DNA of 50,939 bases from a bacterium (GTDB taxonomy: Bacteria > UBP18 > UBA7526): positions 1-50,939 of the forward strand of contig JAUWYL010000007.1 in assembly GCA_030615855.1 (NCBI GenBank), given 5' to 3'. Positions 8,757 to 16,814 of the stretch are shown piece by piece. The position numbers were made by a program, and so were the translations under genes. Under the pieces are notes generated by a model. The model saw only the letters and a list, made by a program, of their open reading frames with translations. It was not told the DNA's origin and did not search any database. The number at the start of each line of letters is the position of its first letter. The stretch's first letter is position 1.

Positions 8757-9209
8757 TTACATCTTTTTCTCATAATCAGTAAAGAGGGTAACCAGTTTTA
8801 CGCTTCGCTCCCCACCATAGGGCTTATAGAAGACCTCAACCACAACTTTCTTAAGCTTGGGGTTGTTTACCGCATCCACATCACTAATTGTGGTCACCCG
8901 CTTGAACTGGAGATAATCAGTTATATCCCCATAATTCTCTGTGGTAGTGCCGCTGGATAGTTGGGCCCATCCCGTATTCCTTAATTCCTCTATCTTCGCC
9001 TGGGCCAGAAAGGAGGCCACCGTGGTATCTTGGGATATCTTACTTGCCCTGAGGCCAATAGGGAAGAGGTGCATGATGGCCAGTAGGCCAAAACCCAGGA
9101 CAATCACAGCAACCATGACCTCCAGAAGGGTGAATCCCGCTTGACGGGGAATCGGGGTATCGGGGAATCGGGGTATCGGGGTATCGGCGTAACAGAGTAT
9201 GGGGGTCAT
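8757..9209 (-). CDS. GspI/PilV-like minor pilin with a repeat-derived leader
   Basis: QAG|FTLLEVMVAV, ASFLAQAKIEELR. ATG 9209 overlaps the stop of the four-helix-bundle gene (ATGA). Confidence 0.78.
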   Translation of the reverse strand: MTPILCYADTPIPRFPDTPIPRQAGFTLLEVMVAVIVLGFGLLAIMHLFPIGLRASKISQDTTVASFLAQAKIEELRNTGWAQLSSGTTTENYGDITDYLQFKRVTTISDVDAVNNPKLKKVVVEVFYKPYGGERSVKLVTLFTDYEKKM

Positions 9210-9589
9210 TTGGAGATAGACCATTTGTCAGCAGTGTTAATCATTTTGACTAACTGACCAAGAATTTGTTCATATCGATTATCTAATTTCTGCCAGACGT
9301 CCTTTTTTATGTATTCCATGTGGAGTGCAAAGTCAAGCCAGCATTGTGTTTCGGCCGCCTCTCCTTCACTATCGCTGAGTTTGGAAATAAAGGCTGCTTT
9401 ATAGCGACGTTTTCTCCAGGCCTCCGCAATATTCGAACAGACAGAACGAGATGACCGACGCATCTGTTCACAAAGCGAATATCTCTCCTCTGGTGGAAAA
9501 GTTTTGCACAATTCGTGGATTTCCAATGCACATTCCATTGCCAACAGATATACCTCCAAATCCCTAAATGTCTCTGCATATCTACTCAT
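9206..9589 (-). CDS. Four-helix-bundle protein (23S rRNA IVP / TIGR02436 family)
   Basis: FRDLEVY, FPPEERYSLCEQMRRSSRSVCSNIAEAWRKRRY, KLSDSEGEAAETQCWLDFA. Confidence 0.9.
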   Translation of the reverse strand: MSRYAETFRDLEVYLLAMECALEIHELCKTFPPEERYSLCEQMRRSSRSVCSNIAEAWRKRRYKAAFISKLSDSEGEAAETQCWLDFALHMEYIKKDVWQKLDNRYEQILGQLVKMINTADKWSISK

Positions 9590-9590
9590 C

Positions 9591-9657
9591 CCTTACTCCC
9601 ATACTCCGTTACTCCCTTACTCCACCACTCTGTTTCTCCCATTCTCCGTTTCATCCC
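9591..9657. repeat. Octamer repeat arm (xxTACTCC) upstream of the four-helix-bundle gene
   Basis: ccttactcc-catactcc-gttactcc-cttactcc; 9598-9612 is the reverse complement of 9189-9203 at 14/15 positions. Confidence 0.85.
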
Positions 9658-10194
9658 TTAATCTTCCCAGCTATCATAGATTCTCGCCCGGGCAGTCGGG
9701 GATTTAAGCGTTACTTTATAGAAGTTCTTGAGCCCTTTGTCTTTTAACCAAACACTTCCCGCGGTAACCGTGCTTTTGGGTGAGAATTTATGATAAGCCG
9801 TCCCGGTGTCTGTATCCGCTGGAACGGGATCCGGAGTGCCAGGGTTCGATGCTTGGCCTCCCGTGCCTGCTTTGACCCGGGCGATGATTGCCATATCGGG
9901 AAGGGCTTGCTCCGTGCCAAAGTCCGGATTCTTCCCTGAAGTAATATAGATGGAATAGGATTGGACCCAGATGGTTTCATTATTACAGTCATAGACTGCA
10001 AGATAATTTTCTCTCTCTGTGACCGCCTTCTGCCGGGCGAGGCGCATGACGTTCACCACATCCCTGGCCGCCACCTTGACGCTCGTCGTCTCCCTGAAAT
10101 TCTTGAATATAGCAAAGGCCGCCAGGGCCATAAGAGCAATAATAAATATTACGGTCATTAGCTCTATAATAGAGAAGCCATTTCTTTTATTCAT
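9658..10194 (-). CDS. GspH/FimT-like minor pilin
   Basis: MNKRNG|FSIIELMTVI, AARDVVNVMRLARQKAV. Confidence 0.8.
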   Translation of the reverse strand: MNKRNGFSIIELMTVIFIIALMALAAFAIFKNFRETTSVKVAARDVVNVMRLARQKAVTERENYLAVYDCNNETIWVQSYSIYITSGKNPDFGTEQALPDMAIIARVKAGTGGQASNPGTPDPVPADTDTGTAYHKFSPKSTVTAGSVWLKDKGLKNFYKVTLKSPTARARIYDSWED

Positions 10195-10371
10195 TATAAT
10201 ACTTCACGGATGAGCACGGATTGACTAAACGGATTAGCACTGATTCAATCACCAACGGGGATGTTCTGATAATCTAGGAAATCGAGCTGCGCCCGTCTGG
10301 CCGTCGGACAGACAACCCTTCAACGTATAACGAAAAACGAAACTGGTTAACTGTTATGTATGATTGCCCCC

Positions 10372-10419
10372 CCACCACTTTTAAGCAAATCTAATTTTGG
10401 AAATCTTGAAAAGTGGTGG
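10372..10419 (-). terminator. Stem-loop downstream of the major pilin gene (terminator or stabiliser candidate)
   Basis: 11-bp inverted repeat ccaccactttt / aaaagtggtgg; no clear U-tract. Confidence 0.4.
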
Positions 10420-10450
10420 AGGGTTATATACTAAAGTGGGTCATCCACTC

Positions 10451-10930
10451 TTAGGGACTCTTGAACTCACCAGGGTTGACGTAGACTACAGAGTAGGTAG
10501 GCGCACCTTCATACTCTCCACCCCTGCACCAGATGGTGTATCTCGAAGGCCTGCCAGAGGTAACAGCTTGGTATCCGTAGGGGTTACCCCAGGGATCATC
10601 CGGCCAATTGCTGGTGTGTTTTCTGAACTTCATATAGGGGCCGGACCAGTTATCACCGATTGATTCAGCATCTGTTACCAGTGATTTTAGCCCGTAGCTG
10701 CCAGATGTTGACCCGGGCTTAGTGTCGCTACCACTCAAGGGATACTGGTCGCAGTCCAGGTAGTACATCTCGCAGGCAGTAGTCATGCTATCCAGGTCTG
10801 CCCAGCCACCGCCCTCCTTGGCCTTCCTCTGCTGCATCATGAACCTTGGTAGGGCAACGGCAGCTAAGATCCCGATGATGACTACTACCACCATCAACTC
10901 AATCAGCGTAAAACCCTTCTCTCTCTTCAT
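10451..10930 (-). CDS. gspG: GspG-like major (pseudo)pilin
   Basis: MKREKG|FTLIELMVVVVIIGILAAVALP, WSGPYM and DPWGNPY motifs; strong GAGGAGGTGA RBS before ATG 10930. Confidence 0.8.
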   Translation of the reverse strand: MKREKGFTLIELMVVVVIIGILAAVALPRFMMQQRKAKEGGGWADLDSMTTACEMYYLDCDQYPLSGSDTKPGSTSGSYGLKSLVTDAESIGDNWSGPYMKFRKHTSNWPDDPWGNPYGYQAVTSGRPSRYTIWCRGGEYEGAPTYSVVYVNPGEFKSP

Positions 10931-10950
10931 TCTTCTCACCTCCTCTCTAT

Positions 10951-11098
10951 ACACGGATTTCTTTGTTTTGCTTACTGTTTGGGATTAAACACACGGATAA
11001 TCACGGATAAAATCTTAGACACGGATTTTCACAGATTGGAAACGAATTAGCACGGATTTATCTGTGACCATCCGTAAAGAATCTGTGATTATCTGTGT
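10951..11098. repeat. CACGGAT/ATCCGTG-family hairpin element in the pilin 5' UTR
   Basis: Several cac(g/a)gat units followed by atc(t/c)gtg units; the left part resembles 42259-42320. Confidence 0.8.
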
Positions 11099-11100
11099 AT

Positions 11101-11130
11101 ATAATATCATAGTAAATTTCTATTTGTCAA
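11101..11130 (-). promoter_or_regulatory. Sigma70-type promoter for the major pilin
   Basis: TTGACA (11130-11125), 18-bp spacer ending in TGA, TATTAT (11106-11101). Confidence 0.65.
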
Positions 11131-11197
11131 GGATTTTCTAGTATTTGCTGATTCTTACTTTTTAATTTTACATTTTGCATTTTGCATTTTGCATTTT

Positions 11198-12133
11198 TCA
11201 ATGTTCCTCAAGGAGCCTCTCCATCTCCCTTACTACATCATAATCAGAATCTTTTGCTTCTGCATATCCTTCAAGTCCCGTTCCAGGATAGAGGGCCTCC
11301 AGGATCTCTCTTCCTTCTGGCGACTGGCCTAACTTTAAGAAGGCTTTAGATATCTTCTTCACTAACTTCTTATCCAAGTCAGGTCTTACGGCAAAGGGCT
11401 CATTCGATATGGGTGGAGTGCGGGCAATGACTTTCAATTCCTCTATCTTCTCCGGCTCTTCCCGGAAGGTGCTCTTCCGGGCATCATCGAAGCAGGCCCC
11501 GGCAGCAAAGTTTTTATGATAGACATTCAAGACCACCCCATCGTGGGTCCCGGTAAAGAATACTCTTTTAAAGTCCTTATCCGGGTCAATCCCTTTCTTT
11601 AGGAGAAGAACCTTAGGATAGAGGTAGCCAGAGGCCGACTCCCTATCCGTGAAGCAGAAACTCTTACCTCTCAAATCATTTAAGGTATTGATTCCAGAAT
11701 CCTTCCTCACAATGATTAAGGAACGGTAGGTAGCTGAGCCATGACGGATGGGCTTCAGGATGGCGTAATAGCCTGCTCGCTCATTCCCCTCAACATAAGA
11801 CTTGGGTCCCAGATGAACCAGATCATAGATCTTCTTCTCCATCCCTTTAATCATGGCCTCATAGTCCCTTGCGAACTGGAACCTCACCCTCATACCCAGT
11901 TCCTTCTCTAAGTATCTGATCAAGGGCTGTGACCTTTTCAGGAGTCTTACCACGTTCTCTGCGGGCACCCTTCCGATGACCAGGACCTCTTTCTCTTCTT
12001 TGGCCCTTGCCCTCTCTATCACTTGAGAAGGAAGAGGAGCCCTTATAAAATTGTAGTAGTAATAGCCCCCCAGGATTAGGGCCAGAAAAAGAACCAGGAT
12101 TATCGGAGTTATCCACTTTATTTTCTTAGCCAT
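11198..12133 (-). CDS. PhnD-family phosphate/phosphonate ABC substrate-binding protein, membrane anchored
   Basis: DYEAMIKGM, YRSLIIVRKDSGI, FTDRESASGYLYP, GTHDGVVLNV, DSDYDVVR; N-terminal TM helix. Start moved to 12133. Confidence 0.8.
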   Translation of the reverse strand: MAKKIKWITPIILVLFLALILGGYYYYNFIRAPLPSQVIERARAKEEKEVLVIGRVPAENVVRLLKRSQPLIRYLEKELGMRVRFQFARDYEAMIKGMEKKIYDLVHLGPKSYVEGNERAGYYAILKPIRHGSATYRSLIIVRKDSGINTLNDLRGKSFCFTDRESASGYLYPKVLLLKKGIDPDKDFKRVFFTGTHDGVVLNVYHKNFAAGACFDDARKSTFREEPEKIEELKVIARTPPISNEPFAVRPDLDKKLVKKISKAFLKLGQSPEGREILEALYPGTGLEGYAEAKDSDYDVVREMERLLEEH

Positions 12134-12149
12134 CATTACCCCCATAATT

Positions 12150-12390
12150 AAGTTGATACGTTGATAAGTCAACAAGTTAATACGAGAATACGAAAATAAG
12201 TGAATAAGTCATTGGGTCTCGGGTTACGGGTCTCGGGTTACGAGTTAAAACCCGTTTATTGTAATTTGTAACTCGCAACCCGTCACTCGCAACTCGTTAT
12301 TTCTTCTCCTCTGCCCCTTTTTCTTATCTACGTATTTTCTTATTTTCTTGTTTTCTTATTTTCCCTTGTTAACTTGTATTCTCGTCAACT
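12150..12390. repeat. Nested hairpin element: outer 8-mer arms (aacaagtt / aacttgt), inner 7-mer arms (gggttac / gtaactc)
   Basis: Read directly: gggtctc-gggttac-gggtctc-gggttac-gagtt ... aactcgc-aacccgt-cactcgc-aactcgt within A-rich and T-rich arms. Confidence 0.8.
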
Positions 12391-12399
12391 CCGTTGCCG

Positions 12400-13623
12400 T
12401 TAGCCCGACATGGCGCTCATCTGGAAGATGGGAAGGTACATGGCGATTACGATGAAGCCCACCACCAGTCCCATACCCAGTATTAGGATAGGCTCTAAGA
12501 CGCTGGTTAGGGCGGCCACCGTAGTATCTACCTCCCGGTCGTAGGCATCGGAGACCTTTATGAGCATGTTATCCAGGGCGCCCGTCTCCTCACCCACGGC
12601 GATCATATGGACTACCATGGGAGGGAAGACCGGGCTCTTCCCTAAAGGACCAGCAATGGACTCCCCTTCCCTTATGCTATTATGGACCGCCACCATGGCC
12701 CGGGCTATCACCTCATTCCCTGCGGTATCTCTTACAATTAAGAGGGCCTGTAAGATGGGGACCCCACTGGTAATCAGGGTTCCTAAGGTGCGGGCGAACC
12801 GGGAGAGGGCGCTCTTCTTCACCAGTTCTCCCAAGATGGGTATCCTGAGTTTGATCTTATCTGCCTGATACCTCCCCTCCTCCTTCCTCACCCACATTCT
12901 GTAGACAGCAATCAGGACCAGGATGGCCAAGAGGTTCACCCACCAGAAGCCCCTCAAGAAGTCGCTTATCACCATCATTATCTTCGTGGGAAGGGGAAGG
13001 GTAAGAGCAACCTCCTCAAACATGCCGACGAAGGTGGGGATGATGGCGATGGTCAAAAAGAGGACCACTCCTATTCCCACCATAATGACCAGGGCGGGAT
13101 AGACCATGGCCCCCTTCACCTTGGCCCTCACTGCTTGGTCCTTCTCGCTGAACTCCGCCAACCGGGCCAGGACGACCTCTAAGACCCCGCCTGCCTCACC
13201 AGCCTTTATCATGTTGACATAGAGTTTGTTAAATGTCCTGGGGTGCTTGGCTAAGGCATCGGAGAAGGTGCCTCCTCCCTGAACGCTGGCGGCGATATCC
13301 TTTATCTGGACCTTAAGATTGGGGTTCTCTGTCTGTTCGCCTAAAACAGTGAGGCTACGCAGCAGGGGAAGTCCAGAGTCGATGAGGGTGGAGAGCTGCC
13401 TGGTGAAGGTTACGATATCTTTTCCTTTTACTCTCTTGCCCGCAAACATTCCTAAGAAGGTATCTAATATTCCACCCTTGGCTGCCTTCTCCTCCCTGAC
13501 CTCCAGGGGAAGATAGCCCATATCCCTTAAACGTCCTAAGGCGAGCCTCTCATTATCCGCATCCAGGGTTCCTGCTACCTCTGTCCCTGCCTTATCCAGG
13601 GCCTTGTAAGCAAAAGTGGCCAT
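12400..13623 (-). CDS. pilC: Type IV pilus / T2SS inner-membrane platform protein PilC/GspF
   Basis: FTRQLSTLIDSGLPL, AGEAGGVLEVVLARLA, GEETGALDNML, EPILIL. Confidence 0.93.
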   Translation of the reverse strand: MATFAYKALDKAGTEVAGTLDADNERLALGRLRDMGYLPLEVREEKAAKGGILDTFLGMFAGKRVKGKDIVTFTRQLSTLIDSGLPLLRSLTVLGEQTENPNLKVQIKDIAASVQGGGTFSDALAKHPRTFNKLYVNMIKAGEAGGVLEVVLARLAEFSEKDQAVRAKVKGAMVYPALVIMVGIGVVLFLTIAIIPTFVGMFEEVALTLPLPTKIMMVISDFLRGFWWVNLLAILVLIAVYRMWVRKEEGRYQADKIKLRIPILGELVKKSALSRFARTLGTLITSGVPILQALLIVRDTAGNEVIARAMVAVHNSIREGESIAGPLGKSPVFPPMVVHMIAVGEETGALDNMLIKVSDAYDREVDTTVAALTSVLEPILILGMGLVVGFIVIAMYLPIFQMSAMSG

Positions 13624-13629
13624 TTCTCA

Positions 13630-13726
13630 CCTCACTCCGTTCGGTACACTGATTATTACAGATATTAACACTGATTAGCACTGATTATCCGTGCCCATCC
13701 GTTCTTACATCCGTGCTAATCCGTGC
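13630..13726. repeat. CACGGAT-family hairpin plus CCTCACTCCGTTCGG motif at the pilC start
   Basis: cactgatt units facing atccgtg units. Confidence 0.8.
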
Positions 13727-13727
13727 T

Positions 13728-15578
13728 TTAAGATTGTTCTGGCTTACTCTTCTCTTCGGCGGGCTTTGCGGTCTCTTCTGCGGCCTCTGCGGTTGCAGGC
13801 TTTTCTTCCTCGGGTGGCTTCTCCTCTGGGAGGGTTTCTTCCTCTGCAGTAGTTGCCCGGGCAAGTTCCTCTATGGTCATCTCTCCCGCTATTATCTTCC
13901 TCCAGCCATCCTCAAATAGGCTGCCCATCCCGGTCTCTCTGGCCTTGGCAGTTATTGCTGATGTCGAGGCCCGGGTCAGAATTAGTTCCCTCAGAGGATC
14001 ATTCATAATTAGTAACTCTGCGATGGCGCTACGACCATGATAGCCGGTATGGGCGCATTCCGGGCATCCCTTCCCTCTATAGAATTTGACCCCCTTAATA
14101 TCCTCTTCAGTCAATCCAATATCCCTCACTACCCTGGGATCCGGAGTATAGGGTTCCTTGCATTTCTTGCATATAGTCCTCACCAGTCTCTGGGCAAGGA
14201 TGGCCTCTAAGGTGGAGGTCATTAAGAAGGGCTCGATCCCCATATCGATTAGCCTGGTGATGGCTCCCGGGGCATCGTTGGTATGTAATGTGGAGAAGAC
14301 CAGGTGACCGGTGAGAGAGGCCTGAACCGCAAGCTGGGCGGTCTCCAAGTCCCTAATCTCACCCACCAGAATGACATCCGGGTCCTGACGAAGGATGTGC
14401 CTTAGACCCCGAGTAAAGGTGAGGCCTATCTTGGGGTTGATGGGCTCCTGGATGATCCCGTGGAGTTGATACTCCACCGGATCCTCTAAAGTTATGATCT
14501 TCAGATCCGGTCTATTTATCCTGGCCAAGGAGGCATAGAGGGTGGTGGTCTTCCCGCAGCCCGTGGGCCCGGTAACCAATATGATCCCGTTTGGACGATG
14601 AATGAGTTCCTTTAGCTGCTCCTCTATTCCTTTCGAGAAGCCGAGTTGCTCAAGTTCTACCATGATGGCTGATTTATCCAGGACCCTCATGACCACGCTC
14701 TCCCCGAAGATGGTGGGGAGACAGGAGACCCTCAGGTCGATCTCCCTCCCCCCCATGACGATCCTTATCCTCCCATCCTGGGGGAGCCTCCTCTCTGCGA
14801 TATTGAGATCGGCCATAATCTTAAACCTTGAGATAATCGCTGTCTGGAGGTGCTTGGGAGGGGGGGCGATCTCATGTAATACCCCATCCACCCGATACCT
14901 CACTTTGAGACTGTCCTCAAAGGGCTCGATGTGAATATCAGAGGCCCGATCCTTTATGGCCTGCATCAGGATGAGGTTGACCAGCTTTATGATGGGGGCC
15001 TCAGAGGCCATCCTCTTGAGGTCCGCGATATCCTCCTCTGCTGCCTCCTCCACCACTTCTGCCACCCCTCCGCTCATGGACTCTATCATCTGCTCCACCG
15101 TCTCCTCCCCTACCCCATAGTACTTCTCTATGGCCTTCATCACCTCATCCTCGGAAGCGATGACCGGCTTCACCTGACCATCGATAATGAGGCGCAGGTC
15201 ATCTAAGGCATGGACGTTCAGGGGATCAGCGAGGGCCACGGTCAAAACATCCCCCTTCCTCTCAATGGGGATTACCTTATAGAGGTGGGCGAAGGGGGGA
15301 GAGATGGTATCCAAGAGATCCTCATCTATCTTATGATCCTTAAGGCTTATCACCTCCATGCCGAACTGCTTTCCTAAGGCATCTAATATCTCTTCCTCTG
15401 TGGCATAGTTATTCTTAATCAATATCTTGCCCAGCCTCTCATGGGTGCTCTTCTGCTCCTGCAGGGCACGATTCAACTCCTCCTCTGTAATGACCCCGGC
15501 ATTCTTCAATATCTGACCTAAGGGCCGCTGCTGAAAGGCAGGGGCAGGAGGAATTCTCCTTGGTCTTCTCTCTGCCAT
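13728..15578 (-). CDS. pilB: PilB/GspE assembly ATPase (copy 2) with a MshEN-like N-terminus and acidic tail
   Basis: LGQILKNAGVIT, Walker A GPTGCGKTT, LRQDPDVILVGE, tetra-Cys Zn motif. Confidence 0.92.
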   Translation of the reverse strand: MAERRPRRIPPAPAFQQRPLGQILKNAGVITEEELNRALQEQKSTHERLGKILIKNNYATEEEILDALGKQFGMEVISLKDHKIDEDLLDTISPPFAHLYKVIPIERKGDVLTVALADPLNVHALDDLRLIIDGQVKPVIASEDEVMKAIEKYYGVGEETVEQMIESMSGGVAEVVEEAAEEDIADLKRMASEAPIIKLVNLILMQAIKDRASDIHIEPFEDSLKVRYRVDGVLHEIAPPPKHLQTAIISRFKIMADLNIAERRLPQDGRIRIVMGGREIDLRVSCLPTIFGESVVMRVLDKSAIMVELEQLGFSKGIEEQLKELIHRPNGIILVTGPTGCGKTTTLYASLARINRPDLKIITLEDPVEYQLHGIIQEPINPKIGLTFTRGLRHILRQDPDVILVGEIRDLETAQLAVQASLTGHLVFSTLHTNDAPGAITRLIDMGIEPFLMTSTLEAILAQRLVRTICKKCKEPYTPDPRVVRDIGLTEEDIKGVKFYRGKGCPECAHTGYHGRSAIAELLIMNDPLRELILTRASTSAITAKARETGMGSLFEDGWRKIIAGEMTIEELARATTAEEETLPEEKPPEEEKPATAEAAEETAKPAEEKSKPEQS

Positions 15579-16642
15579 TATCTCTTCTCCTGAATGATCT
15601 TCTGCATCTCGTCCTTATCGTGACACCTGGTCATCGTGTCCTGATAGGTTATCAGTCCCCTCTGATAGAGCTCGAAGAGGGACTGATCCATGGTCTTCAT
15701 CCCGTATCTGGTTCCGGTCTGGATGGCAGAGAGGATCCGATGGGTCTTCATATCCCTTATCATATTGGCAATGGCCGGAGTAACCATCATGATCTCAAAG
15801 GCTGCCGCCCTTCCCTTACCGCTTGCCTTGGGTAAGAGTTGCTGGCAGAAGACCGCTACCAGAGAGACGGAGAGCATCATCCTGATCTGCTCCTGCTGGT
15901 CAGGAGGAAAGACATCTATGATCCGATCCACGGTCTGAGAAGCAGAGTTGGTATGCAATGTAGCGAAGACCAGGTGGCCGGTCTCTGCGGCAGTGATGGC
16001 GGCCTCAATGGTTGCCAAGTCCCTCATCTCTCCCACCAGAATGACATCCGGGTCCTGACGAAGGCCACGAACCAGGGCCTCGGCAAAGGAGGGGGTATCT
16101 ATACCTATCTCCCTCTGGGTGACGATACTCATCTTATGGGGATGGTAGTATTCTATAGGGTCCTCGACAGTGATGATGTGGCGATCCTGCTCAGAATTTA
16201 TGATATCGACCATAGTGGCCAAGGTGGTCGTCTTTCCGCTTCCCGTGGGCCCGGTAACCAAGATGAGCCCCCGCGGCCGATACAAGAGGTCCTTAACAGA
16301 AGCGGGAAGGCCCAGTTCTTCTAAGGTAAGGAGTTTGGTGGGGATGAGTCTCATAGAGATGGCTACCGACCCCGTCTGGCGATAGATGCAGACCCGGAAC
16401 CTTCCCTGATCCTTGAAGGTATGGCCGAAGTCGGCCGATCCCATCTCCTTTATCTGCTCCTGGTATCTCTGGGGGGAGAGGGCCTCCATAAACGATTGAG
16501 TATCCTCTGGCTTCAGGGGCTTCGTATCCAGAGGATGTAATTTCCCATCGATGCGCAGTACTGGTGGCCGACCGACGTGAATATGTAGATCAGAGGCATT
16601 CCTATCAACGACCATCTGTAAGAGCTTCTCCACTTCCAACAT
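15578..16642 (-). CDS. pilT: PilT retraction ATPase
   Basis: ASDLHIHVGRPP, GPTGSGKTT, EDPIE, AAETGHLVFATLHT, AIANMIR (AIRNLIRE-like). Confidence 0.93.
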   Translation of the reverse strand: MLEVEKLLQMVVDRNASDLHIHVGRPPVLRIDGKLHPLDTKPLKPEDTQSFMEALSPQRYQEQIKEMGSADFGHTFKDQGRFRVCIYRQTGSVAISMRLIPTKLLTLEELGLPASVKDLLYRPRGLILVTGPTGSGKTTTLATMVDIINSEQDRHIITVEDPIEYYHPHKMSIVTQREIGIDTPSFAEALVRGLRQDPDVILVGEMRDLATIEAAITAAETGHLVFATLHTNSASQTVDRIIDVFPPDQQEQIRMMLSVSLVAVFCQQLLPKASGKGRAAAFEIMMVTPAIANMIRDMKTHRILSAIQTGTRYGMKTMDQSLFELYQRGLITYQDTMTRCHDKDEMQKIIQEKR

Positions 16643-16656
16643 CTCACACTCCTCTT

Positions 16657-16812
16657 AAACAAAATTAAATATCAAAAATTAAATATTAAAATTACATATC
16701 AAAATGTAAAATTATTCTCATCATAAAATAATATCGAGGCAGAAAAGTTTCTTCTATAGAATATTTCTTTTTGATTTTTAATTTGTCATTTTGCATTTTG
16801 CATTTTGAATTG
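16657..16812. repeat. AT-rich heptamer hairpin element (CAAAATG/CATTTTG family)
   Basis: aaatatc-aaaaatt-aaatatt... facing ...cattttg-cattttg-cattttg; relatives at about 6528-6563, 11157-11197, 30815-30926, 35250-35347 and 44285-44390. Confidence 0.85.
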
Positions 16813-16814
16813 CT

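Noticed and set aside
9206-9589. Diversity-generating retroelement (Avd-like gene among pilins)
   Set aside because: No reverse transcriptase in the window, and I found no TR/VR pair differing only at adenines.
10951-11098. CRISPR array, here or at other repeat clusters
   Set aside because: Units are 7-10 bp, degenerate and inverted, with no 25-45 bp repeats separated by unique spacers and no cas genes.
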